A stretch of 64,000 bases of DNA, taken from contig CBFFRP010000080.1 in assembly GCA_965644295.1 (NCBI GenBank), forward strand, positions 124,001 to 188,000, given 5' to 3'. Every line of letters starts with the position of its first letter. Positions within the stretch are counted from its first letter, which is position 1. The DNA is from Paraphysomonas bandaiensis (lineage: Eukaryota; Protista; Chrysophyceae). Shown piece by piece: positions 13,113 through 24,883 of the stretch. The notes under the pieces are model-generated. The model saw nothing but the letters and a program-made list of their open reading frames with translations, ran no database searches and had not been told where the DNA came from. A program made the position numbers and the translations under genes.

Positions 13113-14438
13113 CTACACAACTCTCCAAAGTGAATCAAGTGTAATTCCACTCTGCATTGCTTCCACCGCAAGACCCAGTTTCGAGTCGAACACAATTTCA
13201 CCGTGGGTTCCACCTTCTGCATCTGCTCCTGCTGACCCTTCAACATAATAGGCCGCAACTGCATGAGAGTCCTGATTCTCGTCTTCGGTAATTTCCACAT
13301 CCTCTTCAATACGTGGCTGCGTTATCTTTTCTATGGAGGGAGCCTCCGCTTCAACAGAGAAGTCAACACCAAAAATAGGGCTGGCAGCAAACACCTTGAT
13401 ACCCAAATTAGATGGGACAAATGTGTAGTAATTCACGGATGACCAATTGGGGAGGAAACACACAACAACCAGTATTTCACTGACCTGATGTAAACTCAGC
13501 ACCTCTTTGTAGACCTCCTCCAGCTTTTCCTTCGGGTCGATACGGAATCCTAGAATATATCCCCCCGATCGTGCGAATGTCTCAACGACCAAAGCAAAGC
13601 CGAATTTCGAGTCACGAATACGAAGTGACTTGACTTGCATGTAGGGAAGCGATACATTGAAGTTGCTGGCAAGATTTGCATGCCATACAAGCCTGACGTT
13701 GGTGAGGAAGAATGAGCCTAGGTTCCCCTGGTCAGAGGAGAGATTCCACACCCCGTTTACCTATCACAGCAGTTACACACATGAAATATACTCATGAAAC
13801 ATAAGACAATTGCACTATGTAGACAGCGACTACAATTGAATTGAAGTTAAGTATCTCCTCTTTACCTTAGTGAATATTTGTTCTTTAGGGAGCAAGATAA
13901 GGTCGCCGTCTTTCACAATGGAGCCGCGAAGTTTCAAATCTCTGTATAACTTTGATGTCTCGTATGCTCGGTGAACTGCTTGTACAGTGGTAAAAAGTCG
14001 GGGAGAATGTTTAACCAAACTAGTAAAAATGAATTCAAATTTGGAAGTAAACTTAGCCAGGATGCAGAGCGCCTGGGTAGGACCACGTAGTTTGGACTTT
14101 GCTTTACGAATATTTATAGTTGCGACACAACTCAATCCAATACCTGACATAACTCAATCACTATATCAAACATCATATCGTAATATTCATACTTAGGTTT
14201 ATTCGGGGGTTAGCATGAGCCACCCACATAATGCGAAGATTCGTGACTATTAGAGACCCTCTCTCGCCATTATTGCCTGATATAAGACGTTACACCATGC
14301 AGTGCTCTATCAAAGCAATCAACCTTTAGTGTCCTCAACACTGTTAATGGAATCTATGGCGGTCTCTCCTCGTCGACACTCAAGCTGCTGCGGCTTAGCG
14401 TCGAATATAATCTCACGATCCTGCCAAATAAAATCCAT
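13113..14438 (-). CDS. BBS5: Bardet-Biedl syndrome 5 protein (BBSome subunit)
   Basis: WQDREIIFD, VEDTKGNNGERGSL, RAYETSKLYRDLKLRG, NLSSDQGNLGSFFLTNVRLVWHA, SGGYILGFRIDP and LGLAVE...LDSLW. Four introns. Confidence 0.96.
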
Positions 14439-15144
14439 ACTCCGATCACGCTAGTTAACTATGGCACAGGCCCGCCTCTATAAGTCGTCTAGGTGCACTA
14501 GAAACCACAGGTAAGTATGCTAAGGATGATATGAGTGATAAGCCGGTGAGGGAGCTGGCTGTGAATCTCATCCGACTCTCCTGAGCTGCTTGACGCCTTC
14601 TCTAATACTAAAAATACAGTACTGTACAGTGATACGTTAACACTGTAGTGTATGTGTAGCAATCCTACGTTACAATAATCAACACATATGCTGTACTCCG
14701 GTACGTACTCTACTCTGTATTTGAAAGAAATACACTGTAAGAATTTCAACAGCCACATCTGCACGTCTGGATATCGGCTCTGGACTGGATATGGATGCAG
14801 CTTTATAGTTTACACAGGAACGATGAGTCGCGCCTCATACTATTTGCTGCAATGTTGACACACACTACTGATGATGTCCAGGTCTGTTTAAAGCGAGCTC
14901 GTCTCTGCTATTTGTATTGTGTAAAGTGGTCGCAGGCATCTACTTCAATAGCAATGAAAGTGTGTGCATGATTTGATACCACATAGACGAAAAACAGTCA
15001 GTCTGCTTTCTGTTATGAACTCCTAATACCCAAACACAATGAGGGCGCGCTATTTTTAATGAAATGTAGTTAAAATGATGAAGCGTTCTGATATATAACT
15101 CCGTGGAACCTTATAGAGTTCATCTAGAGTGTTTTGCATTGTGC

Positions 15145-16428
15145 CAGGGCTATGAAACACTATATTGCAATAGTATTGTTTAGTAGCGTCCATCAATAGT
15201 ATTGATGGGTATTGATGGAGTTCTTAAACCGGCCCAACAATTTTAGTGCAATATATTAGTATCATTAATCAGTAATTAAACGCATGCGTAGATTCCATTT
15301 CTAGTGCTAGTCGTTAAGGTAACATGATAACCAAACCCTCTACGCTGCCAAGCAAAGACTACCTACTGCTTAGTTAATCACTATTTCCTCATACTTATTC
15401 TCTGAGCCGTCATCGGTGACGTTATCATCACCATATTTATTCAAAATTAATTGAAATTTTCATTCATCAGGTCACACCATATTAAGTGCAGTAGGATGAA
15501 TACTTTTGTACAACACTGAGATAATAAACTATATGACTTGTGCATCTGTACTTAAATATTTCAACTTACGTTTCTCAATTTTTTGAGCTGACTGGACTTC
15601 GTTAACCTTAACATCGAATATGTAGAGAAGAACATCGACAACAGTGTCAAACTAATCTGCGGCCGCGGTAAAACTATAGAACTTCGTCAAATACATTACT
15701 GTCATCAAAATCCTTATGCACACTCCATGACAGCAATACTAATCCTAACCCTAATCGCAAAAGGTAGCGATTATGGCACTCTAATGATGGGAGTGCGTGA
15801 TCCAACCGTCCATCACATGACCAAATGACGGTGGAAGCATATCTGCAATGATATCACATTCCGTCAACTCCAATAGTCTCAAATACTTGTTAAGTGTCAT
15901 TGCAGTCATATTACCTAATCAAGGCTTCTTAAATAGAAAGCGATAAGGAAGGTTCTCTTTGGCAATCAAGAAGGTTCATTCTTAAGTGTTGCTTTATCTA
16001 AAGGTTAAAAACGAAAGCATCCATGGGACCAGTGGTGCTGACAGCTTGTAAATACTACTGAATTAATTCTTCCTAGTAAATATGTTTTATTGTGTAATTA
16101 TCTAAAGTGCTGTAAGCATTCTGAATCTTTTGAGGTCGTCAACATCCACAGATCTCGCACTCGTGCTTGTTCAGTCCACGTTCAACTGGACTCCTAAAAC
16201 AGCTGTTATTATCTCTACTATTGTAATCATTCATCGTTCAGGCGTCTCTTCTTACCAGTATGATATATGCGATGTATATATTATAGTATGAGAAGTAGTG
16301 TACATGTATAGAGTACTGTAGAGCAAACGATACGTATAAACCAGAAAACAACATCAAAAGTAGCCATCGTATATTTTGCACCGTACAATTCTATGAAATA
16401 TATTGCAGTATATTGTTCCTTAGTCCTA
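15145..16428. mobile_element. Non-autonomous hAT-like element (MITE family B, copy 2) with 8-bp TSD
   Basis: Imperfect TIRs CAGGGCTATGAAACACTATATTGCAATA and TATTGCAGTATATTGTTCCTTAGTCCTA. Flanks CATTGTGC (15137-15144) and CATTGTGT (16429-16436) match at 7/8. Confidence 0.8.
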
Positions 16429-16794
16429 CATTGTGTATATAAGAGTCAACATTATGCAATATGCGAAACGAACTCATATTTAGATTTTAAATTGGTATGA
16501 GTTTTGGTAGCAAGAAAGTAAATTATGTTACAGAGATATGACAATATGAAGAGAGACTGACTAGTGTACATGTGACCGATATATGTAAATTGCATCATAA
16601 AAAAATATTTAATATTATAAATGTTTATCATAAATGTGTAGTGAATGTCTGATTATTATAGGCGTGTAAGGGTCGGAATTAATGTAGCAAAACAATTTAA
16701 CTAACTAATGCTGGACTCTGATATCCTACTATTTAGCTCTACGAAAGCTGCCTGTGTGTCAAGGTAAGCACCAAGGTACAACCACTTTTGCTCT

Positions 16795-17087
16795 CTGTCC
16801 TTAAGGTGAACTATCCCGGATGCTTGACTTCAGTAGAGGCAACCCAATACCTCGGATGTCTTAAGGTGGGCCCATTTCCAGATGCTTGACTTCATCAGGC
16901 TGCCCAATACCCGTCTACACAAGAGGCACTAATAAGTGTCCCTTGTACCACACAAGCATTTGGCTACGAGTAGGCAGAACAATATCTGCTGACTATAGAT
17001 ACGGCTCACGTTAGTTTCCCGGAGAAATGTCTCCGGTACTTATCCCCCAGAACACTACGAAAAGGTGCGAGTCCGGCTTTGTTGAGG
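16795..17087 (+). repeat. Dispersed repeat family A, copy 2, with an internal ~60-bp tandem subrepeat
   Basis: CTTAAGGTG...GATGCTTGACTTCA...CCCAATACC occurs twice. The core GTCTACACAAG...AGTGTCCCTTGTACCACACAA matches 46361-46570 and 62665-62914 in reverse complement. Confidence 0.8.
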
Positions 17088-17435
17088 CTTTATCCTAGAT
17101 AAGTGATTCAATGATTCAGCCATAAAGAATTCAAGTTGTTATAGATGATTCAAATTTGGGATATGAAGTAAGTTCAAGTTTTCTTGGTCGTTGACTGTAG
17201 TTGTGTATCCACCTTCATTTTCGTATGAATGATAATTATACTGGTTAAGTATATACGTTTTCGTAATACATAACGTAGGTGTAGACTCAGTCTCTAAACA
17301 TTTAGAAGGTTTCGAATATAGAAGATATATACGCACTCTTATAAACTGTAAATAACCGGCAGCTTTAAGCATATAATCGCGCAATTAAATCTTACAATCA
17401 ACAGTTCGGTCATATAGCGCTTCAAATGAACTATT

Positions 17436-18724
17436 TCAATAATATATACATTGTATATTTCTGATGGCATGATAAAGGACAATGCTACAAATTAACACAG
17501 GAGCTATGTTCACTAACTTCAAAATTTCATGCAATAATGAAGAGGTAGCTGATTTCGGGGTAGTAGTAAATAGTAACAAGCCGGTAATGGATGAATCTTC
17601 GAAACTAGTATTACATTCACCGCCAAATTCATCAATTGCTCCGATTGATTCTGCATTGGCCGAACTACTGTAAGATGAAAAACAATCATCATGAGATGTT
17701 CCAAGCCCCTCCCATGAGATATCTTCATCCTGAAAAGCACTTACCAACGTACTTTTTTGTGAACGATGGGCTCGAGTATACAGAAAGGGGGCCAAGGGAA
17801 TATTGCTTGGATCTTGTGTGCCTGGCGACACCATTATAACCGGGGTCGACCGCAAGAAACCCGGTCTAAATACTTTAAACAAATCTGCTATTGTTGGTTG
17901 CGCTATTCGGGCACTTAAATTCGAAGGGTTCCGTTTACGCAAGTAAGCCCAGAGTGAGTACGAAAAGCGATCCATGACGGACAACCCCACCTCCTCGTTC
18001 GTTATATACGCATATGAATTCTGATCTTTATCAGAGCTGCTAATTGTAGCAACTCCGGGCACAGTTATCTGACTCGTCAGTGTAGAAGCCTGGCAAGTAT
18101 CAACCAGAAATAAAATTCGTTTGAAACGCTGTTTGATATGCATTTCCAATACCGCATGTGCAATGTCCTCCGCGGTTATTTCTTCAAAATCTTGGAATTT
18201 AAAGAATCCGTCTCCGCCATGCCCAGTCATAAATATAATAATATTCGACGCTTCATTGGTATCAAGTCGCTTTGAATGAGGTGTACCGGGAAGGTGCCGT
18301 CCAGTTAGAAGTCTCATGAAATTGACATGCGTTACATCGTCACCTACATAGTCAATTTGCACTGTGTGGTCGAACAAGCTATTTGAACCATTAGCTAAAA
18401 CCTTCCTTTCATTGAATACTTGGCCGGGATACGGGTTACGAAGGTCGCACTGAGCTTCAAGTGCGTTCATGTAGATTATACGGTCATCAGGTATTCCGAT
18501 TCTCCGAAATTCTTTATACAGAGCAAGAGAGTTTACCATATGCCTATAATTGAACCAATACTTTGACGAATCGAGCTGTAAAGACACAGTTACTTTAGAA
18601 ACACATGCACATGGCTGTATACCAGAACAATCCAGTTGTTTTCCTGCATGGCGCAGTGCCCATGGAGCAGCAAAACAAACAAGACCACACACACTGAGCG
18701 AACAAACTCGCATACCCTTGTCAT
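17436..18724 (-). CDS. GPI8: GPI-anchor transamidase catalytic subunit (peptidase C13)
   Basis: Exon 1 (signal peptide, ending NNWIVL) splices over a 47-nt intron (18576-18622) to LDSSKYWFNYRH. Catalytic His in MTGHGG, catalytic Cys in DTCQA, C-terminal TM segment. Confidence 0.93.
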
Positions 18725-19172
18725 TTTACACGACTCCTAACACCGACAGTCGGTGAGGAAGTGGTACTGTCACTGGTTCTCGCAGTGGGTATAAAGGCAG
18801 CACTTATGCATCCAACTATAAACGAAAGTTAGGTTTTCTCGGCTGAAAATAAGGAATTCCATAATTTTGAGAAGTACAAGGGAATTTCGGCTCTGTTTGC
18901 CCCAATTGGATTGTGAGGGGTTTGTGGGAAGAGTGTGTCCAATCCCATCAATGATAGCGGGGGTCTGATGTGGTCGCTCTTATGAAGTTGATATGAATAT
19001 GGTACACCAGCAGTACACGGTACACCACATACATACATATGTGAAGTGAGCTAAACCCACATATACATACACACACATTTACACATACACTACACGAAAC
19101 TCTCCACATATATCATGACCACTGCGTACCATGTATGATAGATACCCCTAATCATATCCATTGGTGTCAGTC

Positions 19173-22103
19173 ATGTCTCTCAGTGAAGAGGAGTGTAGAG
19201 GATCCTCTATGAGGTCTGTGGGTCTGTTCTGGGAGTGCGTTGACGATGATTGGGCTCAAAGAAGCGGCTCTTCTCTCATTCAGATGGGACACACCTTACG
19301 CGATATCGCTCAGTCGTTCAGCTTCAACAGACGCATCGATGCATGTGAAGTGTTCTTATCCGGTGAAGAGAAAGCGACCCAACAGCAGCTCAGTGACATC
19401 GGCTTTAAGGTCAGGAGAGACGACTGTACATGTGCTCCTGACTATATTATTGCAGGTTATTAAAGGGAATTCTGAGACCTGTAGTCATGAGCGGTCTCTT
19501 ATGTGTCGTATCTTGTTGTGGCTTTGGGAAACTGAGCATGACAGAACTTGTGCACAACAGCCGTGTGTAATTATTGCAACCCAAAATAATTCTTACTCTG
19601 CTATGTTACATAAGTTTCGTAATCGAAGGTACTGTAAATATTCTTGACCGTCGCTGATATAACTGAGTCGTATTTGTCAGTGTTACCGTTGTCTGTATCT
19701 CTAACTTTGTTGCAAATGGGAAGGCGACTAATGAAGATCTGCGTCGTGCTTGCTCGATATCAATAGAACTGGAGGAAGTTTATACGCGCGCGCAACGATT
19801 AATTACCCATGATTCTGCGATGGGTCTTTTTGTCAAACATGACATCCAACCCCTCTCACCAACTCTCACCCATTTATCAGGAGATGATTCAAATGTGAAT
19901 CTTATATGTGAATGTGATACTTCGGAGCAAATATTGAAAGGGAGATCTTCCGTTATGTCGCCTCAGTCAGTGCTTCATTCACGCTCTGCGGAGGATGCGC
20001 CAGACATACCCCCCCCTAGTCAGGGATGCTTTAGAGTTGGGGATTATTCTCCGACAACTGTACATGACCAGGACGGCGACACAACATTGAACTCAATCCT
20101 TGGCATTTCCAGCAGTGAATGCACTCCTGGTCACGTGAAAATTTCCTCGCACACTGCTTCGTCAAGGTTTAGTAATGCGGTGTACAATACCTTGCCGGTT
20201 GTGTCACCTGACGCAAAGGAGGTATCTGCTGCGGAGCAAGTGGGATTCAGAGAGACCACCACTTCGTCAAAATACATTCAGCAATCTGATGGTGAGGATA
20301 TTTCACGTGAACAGTATTCGCTTCACGAAGGGCTTGTGAGTGCTATATACTCTTACGATGTCAAAGTTACAGTCTCTACTCTCCAAAAGATATATACAAA
20401 GCAGACGAGATACTATCGCGTCCCCGCTGTATTGGCAGCAGTTCTCCCAGACACTGCTGCGATGGTCGCTGACGGACGAGTGGACCTTTTTAACGTGGCT
20501 GTTTGTTTTTTATTGGACGTAATACTGTGGTGCTTTGAGATACAAAAAAGCGAGAATGTCGAATCGTTTAATTATAAAATGAATGTTGATATTGCCCGAT
20601 GGATACTGCGGGAGGCAGTTCGGAAGGGCATTCCAACTCCTGTCACTCAGGTAATTGCGGACGCCGTAATCTCTGTTGTCCGAAGTATTCTAGACGCATT
20701 CGTCGAGTTGGATTTTACATGGGAGCTTCTGATCACTTTGAAAATTCCTGACCCGGTGCAGCGCTTAAAACCCTTCATACTTGCCTGGTATACATCTACT
20801 GACCCTTCAGTAAAGGCCCGTGTGAATAGTTTCCTTTTCAAACGTCAAGAATTTTCTTCAATAATTCCGCCTCCACAATTCCGGCATGGACGGAATGATT
20901 TTGTATCGCAGTCGGAAGTTCACCAGAAAGACTCGATGGGTGTGAAGGTACTGCAGTAACTTTTTGTAGTCAATATGTATGTTCTGTGGACTGTGCTGAA
21001 CACTGTGGAATGAGAATGAGTATAGATATCTATTACGTGAAAGTATATTTGAGAAGCGTATACTGTAACACAAATGTATATGTACTTGTCATCTTAAGAA
21101 TATATTGTACTTGGTGAATTGTTCTACAGGTTCATCCTGCTCAGAGAAAACCACTCTGCGTCACTGAGGAGCAGTTATTAGAAGGCCGTTTGTTGACGCT
21201 ATTGTCTCGCTCCCGAAAGGGCGAGCTTGGTTCACGTATTCCATCGTTATACCGTGATGAATTCGGTGAGTGTCTACGTCTGCGAGGGCGAAAACTAAAA
21301 GAAATTTTGCTCGGTACGTACCAAATGACCTCTCAAACTCGGTGTGAAAGTAATGGTATCTGCCATTAGATACTGGGAAAGTGAAAATGGTTGGTCCGGA
21401 TGGGCCCGGCGATAAAGTATTTCGCTTGATACAAAAGTATGGTCGAAGTGACTCTTCCTCTCATCTATCTACCCACAAGGAGGAGTGTGGTGTGTCGTGG
21501 TTTAACAAGACGTCCCGATCTGAAGATGTAGGTCTTAATGTGCATTGAACTTTAAGATACATATTACGGCTTTGAAAGAATTCCTATACTATATGTTGTT
21601 ATGGTTTCATGATTGTTTGCTTGCAGTTTTTAGACATGTCATTCGGAGTCCAGCAGGACCAGTTCGTATCTATGAACATCGCTAGCCAAATGGATGATGT
21701 GAGTTTGGAATTAATTTTTCTTGTGAAGTATGCTGTATTAACGTTTTACTAGCGTTACAACAGATATCACAACCAGCAGCTGCAGTCGTTTCCTTTACAC
21801 TGTGGTCTTCGAAGTAGTAATCGTGATGATTCGTTCTTGGCACCAATGCTGTCTGACACGAGCATCCAGTCTCTGTGCAATTCAATTGAACGACCTGATG
21901 AACAGCAATATGGTGCTGCTGTTTCACACGGAGGATATTCAGACAACACAAGTGTGTCTCAATATCTCTCACAAGATCAGAAAGGCGACAACCTCTCCGT
22001 ATTTTCGCCTTTCAATTCAGTAAGTCGTTTATTACCTGCCCTATGTGTGTGCGTGTTATATGTAATGTCGTCTAGAATAGCTCTAACCAAATGTTTGCAG
22101 TGA
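19173..22103 (+). CDS. MARF1/limkain-b1-like protein: divergent N-terminal NYN domain plus LOTUS/OST-HTH domain, multi-exon
   Basis: The N-terminus follows the NYN layout: VGLFWE...QQQLSDIGFKVI...ERSLMCRILLW...CVIIATQNNSYSAMLHKFRNRSVTVVCI...LRRACS. Region 21175-21430 (LGSRIPSLYRDEFGECL...KLKEIL...VKMVG) is LOTUS-like. The 3' end is uncertain. Confidence 0.6.
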
Positions 22104-22644
22104 GACGATACCTGAGCTCAATGAAGATTCAGCTTACTGAACTTCTGAGGAGTCGTGAACTAAAATTGATGTATTTCCTCCATATTGAACACATACGTAG
22201 AAATGATTATTTATTGGGAGCATGGATTTCTTTCTTCGTTTTTTTTTACACCAGTAAAGCTTCTTCGTTAAAGTGGTGTACATTGCGTCATCACAAGTGA
22301 AGAACAAGCGACCACTGTTATTCACGTTTTATCACCTTCAATTAGCCGACATGACTGTCGTACATTATACCGACATTACTCTGTGCCGCGGAGTATCCCG
22401 TTTTGACGACCTACATGTTGTGGCTGTTTTTTTTTCAATTCGTATATTCTAATATTAAATCCGACACCGACTAGATTGTGTCATATTTTGTAATGATAAA
22501 AGTGTTTCACTTAGACACTCGCTGTTTTTGCTTCACATTCTATCTTTGTCTTACACCTCGTATACAATTTTTTACTTTGAATAGCAACAACACAGTGATA
22601 CGTCATTATACTGCTCACTCATGAGATCCAATTGTAGAATATAC

Positions 22645-22750
22645 CAGCCGGGTGCAATAGTATTGTAATATGGCGTTCCATCAACAATATTGCAATAGTT
22701 TTCCAAATGGCTCACCAATCCAACAGTAGAATGATATCGTTAATCAGCAG
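22645..22750. repeat. Degenerate end of MITE family B
   Basis: TGCAATAGTATTGT...CCATCAA.A.TATTG...TATC.TTAATCAG matches 15166-15272. Confidence 0.5.
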
Positions 22751-23979
22751 CTAATACAAGTATATATTATATAATCCATTATTAGTTCTTGTCATTGGGG
22801 TCACATAATCACCATCCCACTGCACTTCTCTACTTGTAGCTAATTACTAGTTAGCAACTACTTCAATGCATTTCAGGTTGCAAGTGATAAGAAAAACACC
22901 CACACAGCGATAAAGGAGTGATAAACAGGTCTACTCTGATGATGTCCTGTTTACTGTTTACAGAGGGCAGTAATATGAAAGGAATAAAGGAATGGAGTAT
23001 GTAGAAGGAAAGGTATAAATCCCATATATTACTCCTATTGTCGACATCGTGTTTGTGTAAAAAGGAAGATATCGGGAAAAAAACTCATCGCATATAGTTA
23101 TAAACTGTATAATCGTTGAAAATTAATTAGATTCAATGGCAGAAGAAGTTTTAGTTACTAAAAGCCGCAAGTGTAAAGATGAGAAAATATAATCTCCGCT
23201 TAAAATTGTTAAGTATGTGTATACTGTCGCAGCAAAAAAGCTCTAAAATAGTTATTTGTACAAAAATATTGTATATACATAGTATTACTACACTCAAATC
23301 TCCGAATAAAAGTAGCTTGTTAAGTATTATGCTCAATACGTGCTGTTGACACATGATATATTATGTTGTGCATTAAATTTTCTAATGATTATTTTGTAGT
23401 GTTTTGTATCTCAAAAATAAACACGGAAACGTGCCAAACATCAGCAACGGCAGGTTATTTAAAGCTCACAATAGAATAGGTAGATCAAGAATCCTTACAT
23501 AATGATTTTAACGTCTGAATGGTACTGGTTGGGTTTGTGTTTACACCTATTGAATAATATTAGGGTTAGAGTTAGCATATAATGCGTGTAAAACGTATAA
23601 TATTACAATCAAACATACAGCAGCCGTAAAAGACACTTCTCCAAATCTTCAACGTTTTTACAACTTTGACTATATATAGGATGATTAATGTTTCCCTATA
23701 TGTGTTTACAATATGATTATTATTGGCAGTGGACTAAATTTAGGGTAGAAATTCAGTAACATATTTTACTGTTATTATTGTGCTATATGTAGTGCTACGA
23801 GAACTATTGTGCGTTGCCATAAGCACCAAAAAGTGCAACCATTCTCGCTAGCAATGCAGTAAGCAAACAGAATGTTGATATACCTGACATCTGCAATGTT
23901 TAGGGTTTAGAGTCTTTTATGAGGTGAAGCCATTCCAGATAGCTTATCTTAAACCGTTGGTTAGTTTCATGGAAGGCAT

Positions 23980-24532
23980 AACCATCCCACAACATGTAAT
24001 TGGCTCGTAGGAACAGCAGCCAAGCAGAGGATTCTCTGAATCTACTCGGAAGAAGACTCAGACTGTAAATAAATTATACTGCCATCATTGTTGCTTAATA
24101 TATGGTATAAATACAGAGTATAATTACTTTGCTTAGTTGTGTACTGTAGCTTCTTTCAACTTTGGAGGAAAATAGTATTTTTAAGAATGTTTTATAGGAA
24201 ATATGCATATTTTCTAGAGTTTTTGGGTATATATGTGTACGTTGTTATATATATTGCTCAGGAAACTATTTTCTAAATCTATAGAACATTGAGAAGATTA
24301 TGAACAAAGCTGCCACAAAGGACCTGTAGAGTTGCATGAACATTGTTGTCTAATGTTTTTTAGAGTTTAGAGTTTCTTCGGATTATAGAGGAGATACTTT
24401 ATCATCTTACAACACTCAGTTCTATATATAGCAGTACATGTCATTAATGGTTCATTAATGGTAGTGCAGTTCCCGGCAATTATAATGGCAATACCATTAA
24501 TGGCCGTTACCATTTACGGTTACCAGGCCCTG
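23980..24532 (-). mobile_element. Deleted hAT derivative: transposase C-terminal remnant plus terminal inverted repeat
   Basis: CATCCCACAACATGTAATTGGCTCGTAGGAA (about 23983) is identical to about 47852 (FLRANYMLWD). GGTTACCAGGCCCTG (ends 24532) is the reverse complement of the TIR at 47577, with shared subterminal CATTAATGG and TTCCCGGCAATTATAATGGC repeats. Confidence 0.75.
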
Positions 24533-24883
24533 CAACAAGGCACGTTCAAGATTTACATTGTGCAAGTAATCAGGGAGAATCACAATATACTGCAAGGTAT
24601 ACGCCTGCAGTATGTACATTGCAATATCAAAACAGGTCGACTTCATAAATTTCTACCTACTATATTGAAATATAGCAATAAATTATAAAATAATACTCAA
24701 AATCATATTCCAAAAGCTTTCCAAGCATATGGATTTACCGCGAAACGACTTTTCGATCAGTAAATCCTGTTGAAACATAAAAATAACAACATAACATTGA
24801 AATTACTGTTACAACTCGATAGGCTATTCTAATACAAACTAAGAAACATAAGATAATGTACATCGACAAGTTTAAGAAACTTT

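Noticed and set aside
15745-15756. Telomere-like CCTAACCCTAA
   Set aside because: Under two units, inside a MITE; expected by chance.
16795-16915. Repeat-spacer-like pattern suggesting a CRISPR array
   Set aside because: Only two degenerate tandem units, no unique spacers, no cas genes, and a eukaryotic context.
18576-18713. Cys-rich N-terminus of the GPI8 ORF in the track
   Set aside because: Artefact of reading through an intron; the true exon 1 is in another frame and supplies the signal peptide and NNWIVL.
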